In this document: positions 54,690 through 63,664 of the stretch, in pieces
Layout of the letters: each line of letters opens with the position of its first letter
How positions within the stretch are numbered: position 1 is the first letter of the stretch
Assembly: GCA_964560005.1 (NCBI GenBank)
Contig: CAZLKB010000002.1
Location: forward strand, 64,381-128,380
Direction of reading: 5' to 3'
DNA length: 64,000 nt
Source: an uncultured Gammaproteobacteria bacterium
GTDB taxonomy: Bacteria; Patescibacteriota; Patescibacteriia; Patescibacteriales; GWC2-42-12
The notes under the pieces: model-generated
The model's input: the letters and a program-made list of their open reading frames with translations, nothing else
Databases searched by the model: none
Told to the model about the DNA's origin: nothing
Position numbers and translations under genes: made by a program

Positions 54690-55480
54690 AAAATTTATGC
54701 ATAATCCAGGCCCGCCTGGGGTCAACTAGGCTGCCGGGCAAAGTTCTTATGAAGGTCCGCGGTATAACCTTGCTTGAATATCAATTACAGCGTCTTGCTT
54801 TAGCAAAAAAAATTGATAAAATTGTAGTTGCCACCTCGATTAAAAAGCAGAATGACAAAATTGAAAAGCTATGCAAGAAAATTGGCGTTGACTGCTTCCG
54901 CGGCTCCGAGGACGATGTGCTGGATCGCTATTACCGTTGCTCCTTGGTTTATCCTCGATATGATAATATAATTAGAGTAACCGGTGATTGCCCACTAATT
55001 GACCCAGTTGTAACTGACGAAATTATAACATTATTTGAAAAAACTGGCGGTGATTACGCCAGCAATGTTAAAACCGGAAAAGAGTCATATCCCGACGGTA
55101 TGGACGTAGAAATTTTTAAAGCCAGTGTTTTGCATGAAGCGGCGCTAAAGGCGGAGCTACCCTCCGATCGCGAAGGCGTCAATGAATATATTTTTCGCCA
55201 GAATAAATTTAAAAAATATTATTTATCATCCGAATACGATTGGCCGCATTTTAGGCTGACAGTAGATAATCCGGAAGATTTAGAGGTAGTAAAATTTTTA
55301 ATTGAAAATTGTAAAATTACCGACGGTTATTTAAAATACATTTCCGTTTTAACTAAGCATCCGGAGATAATGATTAAGAATATGCATATTAAAAGAAACG
55401 AAGGCACGTTTAAAATGCTGGAAAACGATAAAATATATTTAAGCAATAAGAAAAAACATGGTAAATTTAAAAAACCTTAA
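54677..55480 (+). CDS. Cytidylyltransferase, SpsF/PseF-like (CMP-ulosonic acid synthetase family)
   Basis: IIQARLGSTRLPGKVL and TGDCPLIDP motifs of the CTP_transf_3 SpsF-type proteins. Confidence 0.8.
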   Translation: MGKVKNLCIIQARLGSTRLPGKVLMKVRGITLLEYQLQRLALAKKIDKIVVATSIKKQNDKIEKLCKKIGVDCFRGSEDDVLDRYYRCSLVYPRYDNIIRVTGDCPLIDPVVTDEIITLFEKTGGDYASNVKTGKESYPDGMDVEIFKASVLHEAALKAELPSDREGVNEYIFRQNKFKKYYLSSEYDWPHFRLTVDNPEDLEVVKFLIENCKITDGYLKYISVLTKHPEIMIKNMHIKRNEGTFKMLENDKIYLSNKKKHGKFKKP

Positions 55481-56783
55481 AAAGGGCCAGGCGCTCTGGC
55501 GCCAAGCCAAAAAAATAATTCCCGGCGGTTCGCAATTGTTATCAAAGCGCGCCGAACTGTTTTTGCCTGATAATTGGCCGTCATATTTCAAGAAAGCCAA
55601 GGGAGTTTATGTCTGGGATTTGGACGGCAATAAATATATTGATACTTGCGCCAGTATCGGCGCCAGTATTTTAGGATATGCGGATGAAGAGGTGAACAAG
55701 GCGGTGATAAAGGCGATTAAACAAAGCAATGTATCCACTTTGAATGCGCCGGAAGAAGTTGAATTGGCAAAACTGCTTTGCCACCTTCATCCTTGGGCCG
55801 AGATGGTGAGATATGCTCGGGGCGGCGGGGAAGCCATGGCCGTGGCGGTTAGAATTGCGAGAGCTTACAGCGGCAAAGATAAAATCGCTTTTTGCGGCTA
55901 TCATGGCTGGCAGGATTGGTATTTGGCGGCTAATTTAGCCAATGATAAAAATTTAGACGGCCATTTATTGCCCGGGCTTAAGCCTAAGGGTACGCCGCGC
56001 TCCCTGATCGGCACTGCCATCCCGTTTAATTATAATAATTTGGATGAGCTGGAAAAGATCATAGCTGAAAATAATGACATCGGCGTTATCGTTATGGAGC
56101 CGACGAGAGACCATGAGCCGAAAAATGGATTTTTAGAAAAAGTCAGAAAAATCGCTGATAGAATCGGCGCGGTATTAATTTTTGATGAAGTGACAATTGG
56201 CTGGAGATTCTTGGTAGGCGGCGCGCATCTAAAATACGGCGTTAATCCTGATATTGCTGTCTTTGCCAAGGGCATGAGCAACGGTTATCCTATGGCCGCG
56301 ATTATAGGTAAGAGCGAAGTTATGCAAGCGGCCCAGGATTCATTTATTTCCAGTTCCTCCTGGAGCGAGCGCATCGGCCCGACCGCGGCTTTGGCGACTA
56401 TTAGGAAAATGAAAGATAAAAAAGTGCCTGAACATCTAGAAAAAATCGGCTTTAAAATTAAGAATGGCCTCAACGAACTGGCAGAAAAATCGGGAGTCAA
56501 GCTGGAAATAACCGGTTTTCCCCAACTGATTTGTTTTTCTTTTAATTACGGTTCGGCTAGCCAAGCAGTAATGACGTTGTTTACTCAAGAAATGCTAAAA
56601 CGCGGTTTTTTAGCCAACGGCAGCATCGATATAAGTTATGCCCTAAAAGAAGAGCAGGCCAAAAAATATTTACGAGCAGCTGAGGAAGTTTTTGCCATAA
56701 TTAAACAGGCGGTAAAGAAAAATAATGAAGAGAAATTATTGGAGGGGCCGGTGGCGCATACTAAGTTTGTCAGACTGACTTAA
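55458..56783 (+). CDS. Class III PLP aminotransferase (glutamate-1-semialdehyde aminomutase-like), second copy
   Basis: IIPGGSQLLSKR, LIFDEVTIGWR and VFAKGMSNGYP. Paralog of 40754..42067. Confidence 0.8.
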   Translation: MVNLKNLKKGQALWRQAKKIIPGGSQLLSKRAELFLPDNWPSYFKKAKGVYVWDLDGNKYIDTCASIGASILGYADEEVNKAVIKAIKQSNVSTLNAPEEVELAKLLCHLHPWAEMVRYARGGGEAMAVAVRIARAYSGKDKIAFCGYHGWQDWYLAANLANDKNLDGHLLPGLKPKGTPRSLIGTAIPFNYNNLDELEKIIAENNDIGVIVMEPTRDHEPKNGFLEKVRKIADRIGAVLIFDEVTIGWRFLVGGAHLKYGVNPDIAVFAKGMSNGYPMAAIIGKSEVMQAAQDSFISSSSWSERIGPTAALATIRKMKDKKVPEHLEKIGFKIKNGLNELAEKSGVKLEITGFPQLICFSFNYGSASQAVMTLFTQEMLKRGFLANGSIDISYALKEEQAKKYLRAAEEVFAIIKQAVKKNNEEKLLEGPVAHTKFVRLT

Positions 56784-56791
56784 TAAATTTT

Positions 56792-57406
56792 ATGGTAAAG
56801 GCCGGTAAAAAAGTAATTTTTGTTTTAGGGGGAGCTTTAGTAAATGATGCCGGCACTTGGCGGACAACCAATTATGACGAAGGCGATAATTTCGGTATAA
56901 GCGGGGATCGGTTGAGAGTTTTAGCGGCCGCTTATTTATATAGAGACAACAATGATGCGTCTATTATTGTTTTAGGCGGCCGAGGCCAATTAAAGAATAT
57001 TTCTGGATCACCGCCTGTGGCGAAGGTAATCAAGCGGGAGTTAATTGATTTAGGCGTTCCTGCCGGAAAAATTGCCATTGAGACGAAGTCGGGCAATACC
57101 TATGAACAGCTAAAAGCTTTAATAAATGTTTTAAAAAAAATAAAAATTAAAGAAATCTCGATTATATCCAATCAGCATCATTTTAAAAGAATTAAAGCGA
57201 TGCTAGCAACGGCTCCGGGACTGGAAAATTTAAAAAGCGCAACGATAAAATTTATTTCTGCAGAGGCTGTAACCATAAAATATGGCGAAAAGAAATGGAA
57301 AAAAATAATTGATCGGGCTTATGCGAGTCAGACAATGAAAGAGAGGATCGCTTTAGAGAAAAAGGGCGTCAAGCAAATTAGGGCGGGAACATATAATTTT
57401 AAATAA
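56792..57406 (+). CDS. DUF218 / YdcF-ElyC-like protein
   Basis: VIFVLGGAL ... IIVLGGRGQ ... IETKSGNTYEQ pattern resembles the DUF218 family. Confidence 0.6.
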   Translation: MVKAGKKVIFVLGGALVNDAGTWRTTNYDEGDNFGISGDRLRVLAAAYLYRDNNDASIIVLGGRGQLKNISGSPPVAKVIKRELIDLGVPAGKIAIETKSGNTYEQLKALINVLKKIKIKEISIISNQHHFKRIKAMLATAPGLENLKSATIKFISAEAVTIKYGEKKWKKIIDRAYASQTMKERIALEKKGVKQIRAGTYNFK

Positions 57407-57450
57407 TCATTTAACACTGCGGTCTCTGCCGCAGGGTAATTATCGTCACT

Positions 57451-58509
57451 ATGGAAATTAAAATAGGCAATAAAACAATAGGCAACGGACGACCGGTTTT
57501 CATCGTGGCCGAACTAGGTTTAAACCATAATGGCCGCCTGGCTTTAGCTAAAAAAATGATTATAGCGGCTAAGAAAGCCGGAGCCGACGCGGTAAAAATC
57601 CAATCTTTTACCACGGAGGATTTTGTAGGCAATAAAAAATTGACTTATACTTATAAAAGCCAAGGCAAGACGGTTACCGAATCCCAGTATAAGATGTTTA
57701 AGCGTTATGAGCTAAATTACGAAAGGCAGAAAGAATTATTTAATTTTGCCAAAAAAACCGGCATTATTATTTTTTCCACACCCCAGGATAATAGCTTTAA
57801 AGCCGTTGATTATTTGTGCGATAATCTAAAAATGCCGCTGGTGAAGGTCGGTTCGGACGACCTGACCAATTTATTTATGCTCGAGTATTATGCGAGCAAA
57901 AGCAAGCCCATGGCTATTTCCACGGGCATGGCTGATTTAGATGAAGTTAAGGATGCAGTCAAAACCATAAAGAAGGCCGGTAATAATAAAATTGTTATAC
58001 TAAAATGCACCTCGCTTTATCCGACCCCGTCCCAGCAAGCGAATTTGGCTCAAATTAAAACCCTGCAAAGCACTTTCAAAGATTGCCTGATAGGTTTTTC
58101 TGACCACACCCAGGGTTCAACCGCGGCGGCAGTGGCCGCGGCTATGGGCGCAGTAATGGTAGAAAAACATTTTACTTTAAATCATAATTTACCCGGTCCG
58201 GATCATTGGTTCGCCGCCGATCCGAAAGAGCTGTCCGAACTAGTCCGCCGAGTGCGTGAAGCCGAGAAGATGCCGGGTAATCCACAACTGATTTTATCAA
58301 AGGCAGAGCAAGCCATAAAAAACATCGCCCGTCGTAGCATTGTCGCCGTTAAGCCGATAAGAATAGGCCAAAAAATCAATGCCGAAGATTTAGATGTTAA
58401 AAGGCCGGGCGCAGGATTACCGCCGAAGTATTTGCCAAAGTTAATCGGCAGGATCGCTAAAAAAAATTATAAGCTAGGTTATATATTTACAAAAGCTGAC
58501 ATAAAATAA
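57451..58509 (+). CDS. Nonulosonate synthase, NeuB family with SAF domain (PseI/LegI-like), second copy
   Basis: FIVAELGLNHNG, KIQSF, KVGSDDLTN, FSDHT and a C-terminal SAF-like domain. Confidence 0.9.
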   Translation: MEIKIGNKTIGNGRPVFIVAELGLNHNGRLALAKKMIIAAKKAGADAVKIQSFTTEDFVGNKKLTYTYKSQGKTVTESQYKMFKRYELNYERQKELFNFAKKTGIIIFSTPQDNSFKAVDYLCDNLKMPLVKVGSDDLTNLFMLEYYASKSKPMAISTGMADLDEVKDAVKTIKKAGNNKIVILKCTSLYPTPSQQANLAQIKTLQSTFKDCLIGFSDHTQGSTAAAVAAAMGAVMVEKHFTLNHNLPGPDHWFAADPKELSELVRRVREAEKMPGNPQLILSKAEQAIKNIARRSIVAVKPIRIGQKINAEDLDVKRPGAGLPPKYLPKLIGRIAKKNYKLGYIFTKADIK

Positions 58510-58510
58510 T

Positions 58511-58945
58511 ATGATTAAAAAAATAATCGCTAAACTTATCGGTATGCCGGTAAATGAATTTCACCCCCTGGTCTATATCGGCGGTAAACCGGAATTCGGC
58601 AAAAATGTGTATATCGGGCTGATGTCCGAAGTTAACGCCAAAGGAGCTAGAGTAAAAATAGGGGATAACTGCGATATTGCCTCCTTCGTCAGCATTAACG
58701 CGGCCGATTCGCATAAAAAAACTATTGGGCTGGAAAGAGAAATTCAAAGAAAGGATATTACTTTGGAAGATAATGTCTTCGTCGGTTCCCACTCTTTTAT
58801 CGGCGGCGGAGTTAATATCGGCCATCACAGTGTAGTAGCCGCCGGCACCATCATCGCTAAGTCGTGTAAAATTCCTCCTTATTCTTTAGTAGTTGGCAAC
58901 CCTTTTGTTGTGAAAAATAATTATTATAATAGCGGTAAAAATTAA
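58511..58945 (+). CDS. Hexapeptide-repeat (left-handed beta-helix) acyl/acetyltransferase
   Basis: Repeating [LIV]-G-x4 units: IGDNCDIASFVSI, EDNVFVGSHSFIGGGVNIGHHSVVAAGTII. Confidence 0.75.
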   Translation: MIKKIIAKLIGMPVNEFHPLVYIGGKPEFGKNVYIGLMSEVNAKGARVKIGDNCDIASFVSINAADSHKKTIGLEREIQRKDITLEDNVFVGSHSFIGGGVNIGHHSVVAAGTIIAKSCKIPPYSLVVGNPFVVKNNYYNSGKN

Positions 58946-58948
58946 TAA

Positions 58949-59638
58949 ATGAAAAGTTTTAATCAAACCTGGGAAAAAAAAATATATTCTAAGGGTAGGC
59001 AAATAAACAATTATCCTTACGATTTGGTAGTGAGCTTGATCGCCAAGAATTTTTTTTCTATACCCATAAATGAAAGAAAAAAAATTAGCATGCTAGATTT
59101 AGGATGTGGAGCAGGCAATCACGCGAAATTTTTTGCTGAAAACGGTTTTTCAGTTTATGGTATAGATGGGTCAATCACCGCGATTAAGCATTGCCGCGAG
59201 AAATTTAAAAGTTTAGGACTTAAAGGAAATTTTATTCAAGGTGATTTTTTAAATTTGCCTTTTAAGGATAATTTTTTTAATTGCGTTTTGGACCGCGAAA
59301 GTGTTTACGCCAATGAATACGCAACTATAAAAGAGGCGGTTGATCAGGTTTATCGAAAATTAAAGGTTGGCGGACTATTTATTAGTTTTATGTATAATAA
59401 TTATCATCCGGATATAAAGTATGGTAAAAAAATTGAGCTGAATACTTATAATGATTTTACAATTGGCACAAGTTTCAGTAACGCCGGCGCTGCCCACTTT
59501 ACTAATCTAAAGGAGATAAAAACATTATTTAGTAAATTTAAAATTCAAAATATAATCCGCCACACTTTAAATGAAATTTACGATAAAAAACATGCTTTCA
59601 TGCAATATGACGAATATATAATAATCGCTAAAAAATAA
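58949..59638 (+). CDS. Class I SAM-dependent methyltransferase
   Basis: Motif I MLDLGCGAGNH and the post-I acidic residue YGIDGS. Confidence 0.75.
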   Translation: MKSFNQTWEKKIYSKGRQINNYPYDLVVSLIAKNFFSIPINERKKISMLDLGCGAGNHAKFFAENGFSVYGIDGSITAIKHCREKFKSLGLKGNFIQGDFLNLPFKDNFFNCVLDRESVYANEYATIKEAVDQVYRKLKVGGLFISFMYNNYHPDIKYGKKIELNTYNDFTIGTSFSNAGAAHFTNLKEIKTLFSKFKIQNIIRHTLNEIYDKKHAFMQYDEYIIIAKK

Positions 59639-59639
59639 A

Positions 59640-60704
59640 ATGAAATCAAAAATTATACAACATAATCAGCCAAGCCTAGGTCAAGAAGAAATTTCGGCTT
59701 CAGCCAAAGTAATGAATAACGGTTGGGTAGCACAAGGCGAAGAGGTATTAAAATTTGAAAATGAATTCAGCCGCTATCTCGGCGGAAAAGACAGCCAAGC
59801 CGTTGCCGTCGCCAGCGGTACCGCCGCCTTATATTTGGCATTATATGGTTTAAATATTAAAAAGGGTGACGAAGTGATAGTACCGACTTACGTTTGTTCA
59901 GCTGTGTTAAACGCTATCTTTTTGGCCGGCGCTAAACCGATTTTAGTAGATATAAATGAAGGAGATTTGAATATTTCTTATTCCGAAACCATAAAAAAAA
60001 TAAATAAAAAAACTAAAGCCATTATTATTACTCATACTTTCGGTTACCCGTCCGACCTGGATAAATTTATTAATTTAGGCATTCCCTTAATTGAAGATTG
60101 CGCTCAGGCGCTGGGTTCGCGCTGGAAAGGAAGAGCGGTAGGCGGCTTCGGTCGAGTAGCGGTTTTTTCATTTTACGCCTCAAAGGTCATAACCACGGGT
60201 TATGGCGGCCTGGTTTATTCAAAAAATAAAAATTTAATAAATAAAATAAGGGATTATAGAGAGTTTGATTGTCGCCGTGATTATAGACCAAGATTTAATT
60301 TTAAGATGTCCGATTTACAGGCTGCCATAGGTAGGGAGCAGTTAAAAAAAATGCCCGGATTTTTGAAAAGACGCAGACAAATTGCGGCAGTTTACAAAAA
60401 GGCAGTATCGGAAAATAAATATTGGCCAATCGAAAGCGAAGGCGGGCAGTCTAATTATTATCGTTTTTTGCTTAAAACCGGTAAAGCTAAGGCAGTAAAA
60501 AATTATCTAATTAAACATGGCGTTAAAACGATTGTGCCTATAGAGACTTACGAATTATTGCACCGTTACTTAAAGCAGAGTCCGAAAGATTTTCCGGTTA
60601 GCGAAAAGATTGCCAAGACTGCCTTGTCGCTGCCGATTTATCCCTCCTTATCAACCGTGGAGGTTGATAAAATAAAGCGGGCCTTATTAGAAATAAATTT
60701 ATGA
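59640..60704 (+). CDS. DegT/DnrJ/EryC1/StrS-family PLP sugar aminotransferase
   Basis: EDCAQALGS and FSFYASKVITTGYGG (PLP lysine), with a family-typical N-terminus. Confidence 0.85.
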   Translation: MKSKIIQHNQPSLGQEEISASAKVMNNGWVAQGEEVLKFENEFSRYLGGKDSQAVAVASGTAALYLALYGLNIKKGDEVIVPTYVCSAVLNAIFLAGAKPILVDINEGDLNISYSETIKKINKKTKAIIITHTFGYPSDLDKFINLGIPLIEDCAQALGSRWKGRAVGGFGRVAVFSFYASKVITTGYGGLVYSKNKNLINKIRDYREFDCRRDYRPRFNFKMSDLQAAIGREQLKKMPGFLKRRRQIAAVYKKAVSENKYWPIESEGGQSNYYRFLLKTGKAKAVKNYLIKHGVKTIVPIETYELLHRYLKQSPKDFPVSEKIAKTALSLPIYPSLSTVEVDKIKRALLEINL

Positions 60705-61414
60705 TACTCACCGCTCATCAACCCGTCTATCTCCCTTGGCTGGGCTTATTTCATAAAATAGCTTTGAGTGATGCATTTTGCTATTTTAACGATGTCCAAT
60801 ATCAGATTAAGGATTATAATAATCGGAGCAAGATTAAGATCGGAGATGGCGGAACCTGGCTTACCGTGCCGGTTTTAAATAAAGGTTATCGCGAGAAAAA
60901 AATCAGGGAAATTGAGATTAATAATTCAATCGGTTGGCGCAAGAAGCATTGGAAATCCATTTATCTAAATTATAAAAAGGCGCCGTTTTTTGATAAGTAT
61001 GCGCCGTATCTTGAAGGGGTATATAAAAGTGATTGGCAATATTTAAGTGATTTGAACGAATCAATGCTTAAGTGGTTTTTGACCATGCTGGGAATTAAAG
61101 TAGATTATTTCAGGGCGTCGGAATTAAATTTTCAAGGCTATAAATCCGAATTAGTATTGGATATGTGCAAAAAGCTAAAAGCCGATACTTATATTTTTGG
61201 AGCTTTAGGCAGGGACTATGCTGAAGCAAGAAAATTTGCTCAAGCCGGTATAAAGATATACTTTCAAGATTATAAACATCCGGAATATAAACAGGCAGGG
61301 AAAGACTTTTTGCCTTATATGAGTATTATTGATTTATTATTTAATGAAGGGGATAAAAGCTTAGAAATTTTAATGTCAGATAATATTACAAAAAAAGATT
61401 TATTATTAAAATAA
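60701..61414 (+). CDS. WbqC-like family protein
   Basis: N-terminal ILTAHQPVYLPWLGLFHKI and the overall ~235-aa size match the WbqC-like family. Biochemical role not established, as far as I know. Confidence 0.7.
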   Translation: MILTAHQPVYLPWLGLFHKIALSDAFCYFNDVQYQIKDYNNRSKIKIGDGGTWLTVPVLNKGYREKKIREIEINNSIGWRKKHWKSIYLNYKKAPFFDKYAPYLEGVYKSDWQYLSDLNESMLKWFLTMLGIKVDYFRASELNFQGYKSELVLDMCKKLKADTYIFGALGRDYAEARKFAQAGIKIYFQDYKHPEYKQAGKDFLPYMSIIDLLFNEGDKSLEILMSDNITKKDLLLK

Positions 61415-61420
61415 AATTAT

Positions 61421-62092
61421 ATGAATAATGTATTAATAGTCGCCGCCCACCCGGACGATGAGGTTTTGGGGGCTGGCGGAACGATTGCAAAACATGCTCA
61501 AGCCGGCGACCGGGTAAGCATCTTGCTCTTAGGCGATGGCGTAACCTCTAGAGGGGCTAGCGCCCCCGACATCAAAAAGAGAGCTGATCAGGCTAACGAA
61601 GCGGCGAAAACATTGGGTGCTATAAAAGTAATTCTAGAAGCTTTGCCTGATAATAAATTTGACTCTTTACCTCTTCTGGAGATTGTTAAAATAGTTGAAA
61701 AGATAATCTTTAGCGTAAAGCCGAATGTAATTTATACTCACTTCGGCGAAGATTTGAATATTGACCATCAGCTGACATATAAAGCGGTCATAACCGCTTG
61801 CCGGCCGCAGCCGGATTTTTTCGTTAAAAAGATTTTGGCTTTTGAGGTTTTATCTTCTACCGAATGGCAAGCCAAAAAGAAAAATAAGATGTTTTGTCCT
61901 ACTTTTTATAACGATATAAGTAATTTTATTGATAAAAAAATAAAATCCGTGGAAATGTACAGAGAAGAACTTAGGCCTTACCCCCACTCGAGATCTAAAG
62001 AAGGCATAAAAATTCTTGCCCAATACCGGGGACTGGAAGTCGGTCTCAGATATGCCGAAGCTTTTCAAGTCGTGCGTTGGTTAAATAATTAG
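61421..62092 (+). CDS. PIG-L / LmbE-family N-acetylsugar deacetylase
   Basis: VLIVAAHPDDEVLGAGGT and HxDH-type (NIDHQ) zinc-binding motifs. Confidence 0.85.
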   Translation: MNNVLIVAAHPDDEVLGAGGTIAKHAQAGDRVSILLLGDGVTSRGASAPDIKKRADQANEAAKTLGAIKVILEALPDNKFDSLPLLEIVKIVEKIIFSVKPNVIYTHFGEDLNIDHQLTYKAVITACRPQPDFFVKKILAFEVLSSTEWQAKKKNKMFCPTFYNDISNFIDKKIKSVEMYREELRPYPHSRSKEGIKILAQYRGLEVGLRYAEAFQVVRWLNN

Positions 62093-62232
62093 GCAGTAAA
62101 AATAATTTTAATAAAACGCCAGTTATCTTTTTCAGCTCCGAGGCAGGCACCGAGGAGCCCCAAATTTTGTCTAAGCGAAAAATAAATTTCTTTGTCCGAT
62201 TTAATACAGTACAAACCAAACTTTGATAAACT

Positions 62233-63582
62233 CTACACGCCTTGTCTGGAAATTACCGTGGCCACCGTTTTTAAAATTATCGACAGGTCCAAATAAATTG
62301 ACCTGTTTTTTATATAGAAGAGGTCGTATTGTAATTTTTTCAAACTGTCTTCGCAAGATGGCGAGTGATATTCGCCGGAAATTTGATCCGAACCGGTTAG
62401 CCCGGGCTTGATTAAGGTTCTTTGGCCGTAGAAGGGGATTTGGTTTTCTAAATCGCATGACAACTCCGGCCGTTCCGGTCTGGGGCCGACGAAGCTCATT
62501 TCGCCGAGCAAAATATTTATCACTTGAGGCAGTTCATCAATCCTGGATTTTCTAAGTAAATGGCCGAACCTGGTGATGCGCGGGTCGTTGGCGCGCGTGG
62601 GAGAGCGGTCGTTGCCTTCTTCTCTCATGGTCCGGAATTTTATTAATTTAAAAATTTTATTATTTCTGCCTAACCGCTCCATGATAATAAAGATCGGTCC
62701 CCGGCTTTCTAATTTAATAATTAGCGCGATAACCAGCCAGATAGGCGCGGTTATGATAAAAATAAGTAAAGCTAAAATAAAGTCATATACCAGCTTGACG
62801 CGGTCAAACCAAATTTTATTATTTTCATTTAAATTTTCTAAAAACCACATCTGATTTATGGTATCCAGGGGGATTTTGCCGGTGATGGCTTCGTAAAAAT
62901 TAGGCAAGCTGACATAATTAATTTTATAGCGCAGATAGTTGAATAAGGTGGTTCTTAGATTTTCCGATTGATGCGGGTCGTGAGAAAGAATTATAGTGTC
63001 TAATCTACTATCGCGAATTAATTTTCCCAACTCCGAGATCGGTTTAATGCCCGGCGCTTGATCAAGGTTTTTGTCGTCCACTATGAAAGCGATCTTATAA
63101 CCCAGGTGGGGCTTTTGCTTGAATTCGTTAACGATTTCAGCGACCAGGTTATTGTAGCCGACAATGCCGATGTTATTTTTAGGCAGATACGATTTCAGCG
63201 ACCAATTATAAAAATAGCGCCAAAGATAGAATAAGGTGGCGAAGATAACGACATAGATAAATAAATTTCTTTTAGGAGCAATGCCGATTTGAGGCAAAAG
63301 GTAAAAGAAGGCAAACGAAATTAAGCCGGCGATAACCAAGGCCCGTCCGCTGGCTTGATAAAATTTTAGATTATTCACCGCCAAGCCGAGGCTGTATAGG
63401 TCAGAGATGTAAAAAACTATGATCCATAGAGCAAAGATTATGGTAAACGGCCAAAAATGATTTGACCAGATTGTCTCGGTAAAATTTCCCCAATATCTTA
63501 TCGCCAGGGTTAAATATAAGGAAAAATACAAGGCCATCAGGTCGCCTCCCAATAAAACGAGTTTTTTAAGATTTGAATTCAT
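62233..63582 (-). CDS. Polyprenyl-phosphate phosphoglycosyl transferase (WbaP/Bac_transf type, initiating enzyme)
   Basis: N-terminal TM bundle plus a C-terminal Bac_transf domain: KFRTM, DELPQ, MSFVGPRPERPE. Confidence 0.9.
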   Translation of the reverse strand: MNSNLKKLVLLGGDLMALYFSLYLTLAIRYWGNFTETIWSNHFWPFTIIFALWIIVFYISDLYSLGLAVNNLKFYQASGRALVIAGLISFAFFYLLPQIGIAPKRNLFIYVVIFATLFYLWRYFYNWSLKSYLPKNNIGIVGYNNLVAEIVNEFKQKPHLGYKIAFIVDDKNLDQAPGIKPISELGKLIRDSRLDTIILSHDPHQSENLRTTLFNYLRYKINYVSLPNFYEAITGKIPLDTINQMWFLENLNENNKIWFDRVKLVYDFILALLIFIITAPIWLVIALIIKLESRGPIFIIMERLGRNNKIFKLIKFRTMREEGNDRSPTRANDPRITRFGHLLRKSRIDELPQVINILLGEMSFVGPRPERPELSCDLENQIPFYGQRTLIKPGLTGSDQISGEYHSPSCEDSLKKLQYDLFYIKNRSIYLDLSIILKTVATVISRQGV

Positions 63583-63588
63583 GCCACA

Positions 63589-63658
63589 ATAATACTAATT
63601 TTGGATGAAAAAGTCAATAATATCATATTTTGACTTTTGTTTATTAAAAAGTTATAAT
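63589..63658. promoter_or_regulatory. Palindromic pair of divergent, apparently leaderless promoters
   Basis: AAAAGTCAA (63609-63617), N12, TTGACTTTT (63630-63638). Plus strand: TTGACT, 17 nt, TATAAT (63653-63658), then the ATG 6 nt later (63665). Minus strand: TTGACT, 17 nt, TATTAT (plus 63589-63594), then the ATG 6 nt later (63582). Confidence 0.55.
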
Positions 63659-63664
63659 CTAATC

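Noticed and set aside
57417-57434. GC-rich hairpin ctgcgg-tctctg-ccgcag between the DUF218 gene and the second neuB-family gene.
   Set aside because: It has a 6-bp stem only, no T-run and no second copy. It could be an RNA stability element but is equally likely to be chance, so it is not called as a feature.
62093-62232. The convergent gap between the PIG-L gene and the PGT gene contains gctccgaggcaggcaccgaggagc, considered as a bidirectional terminator.
   Set aside because: Only the outer 5 bp pair cleanly, the interior is really a CCGAGG direct repeat, and there is no flanking T or A run. The evidence is too weak to call.
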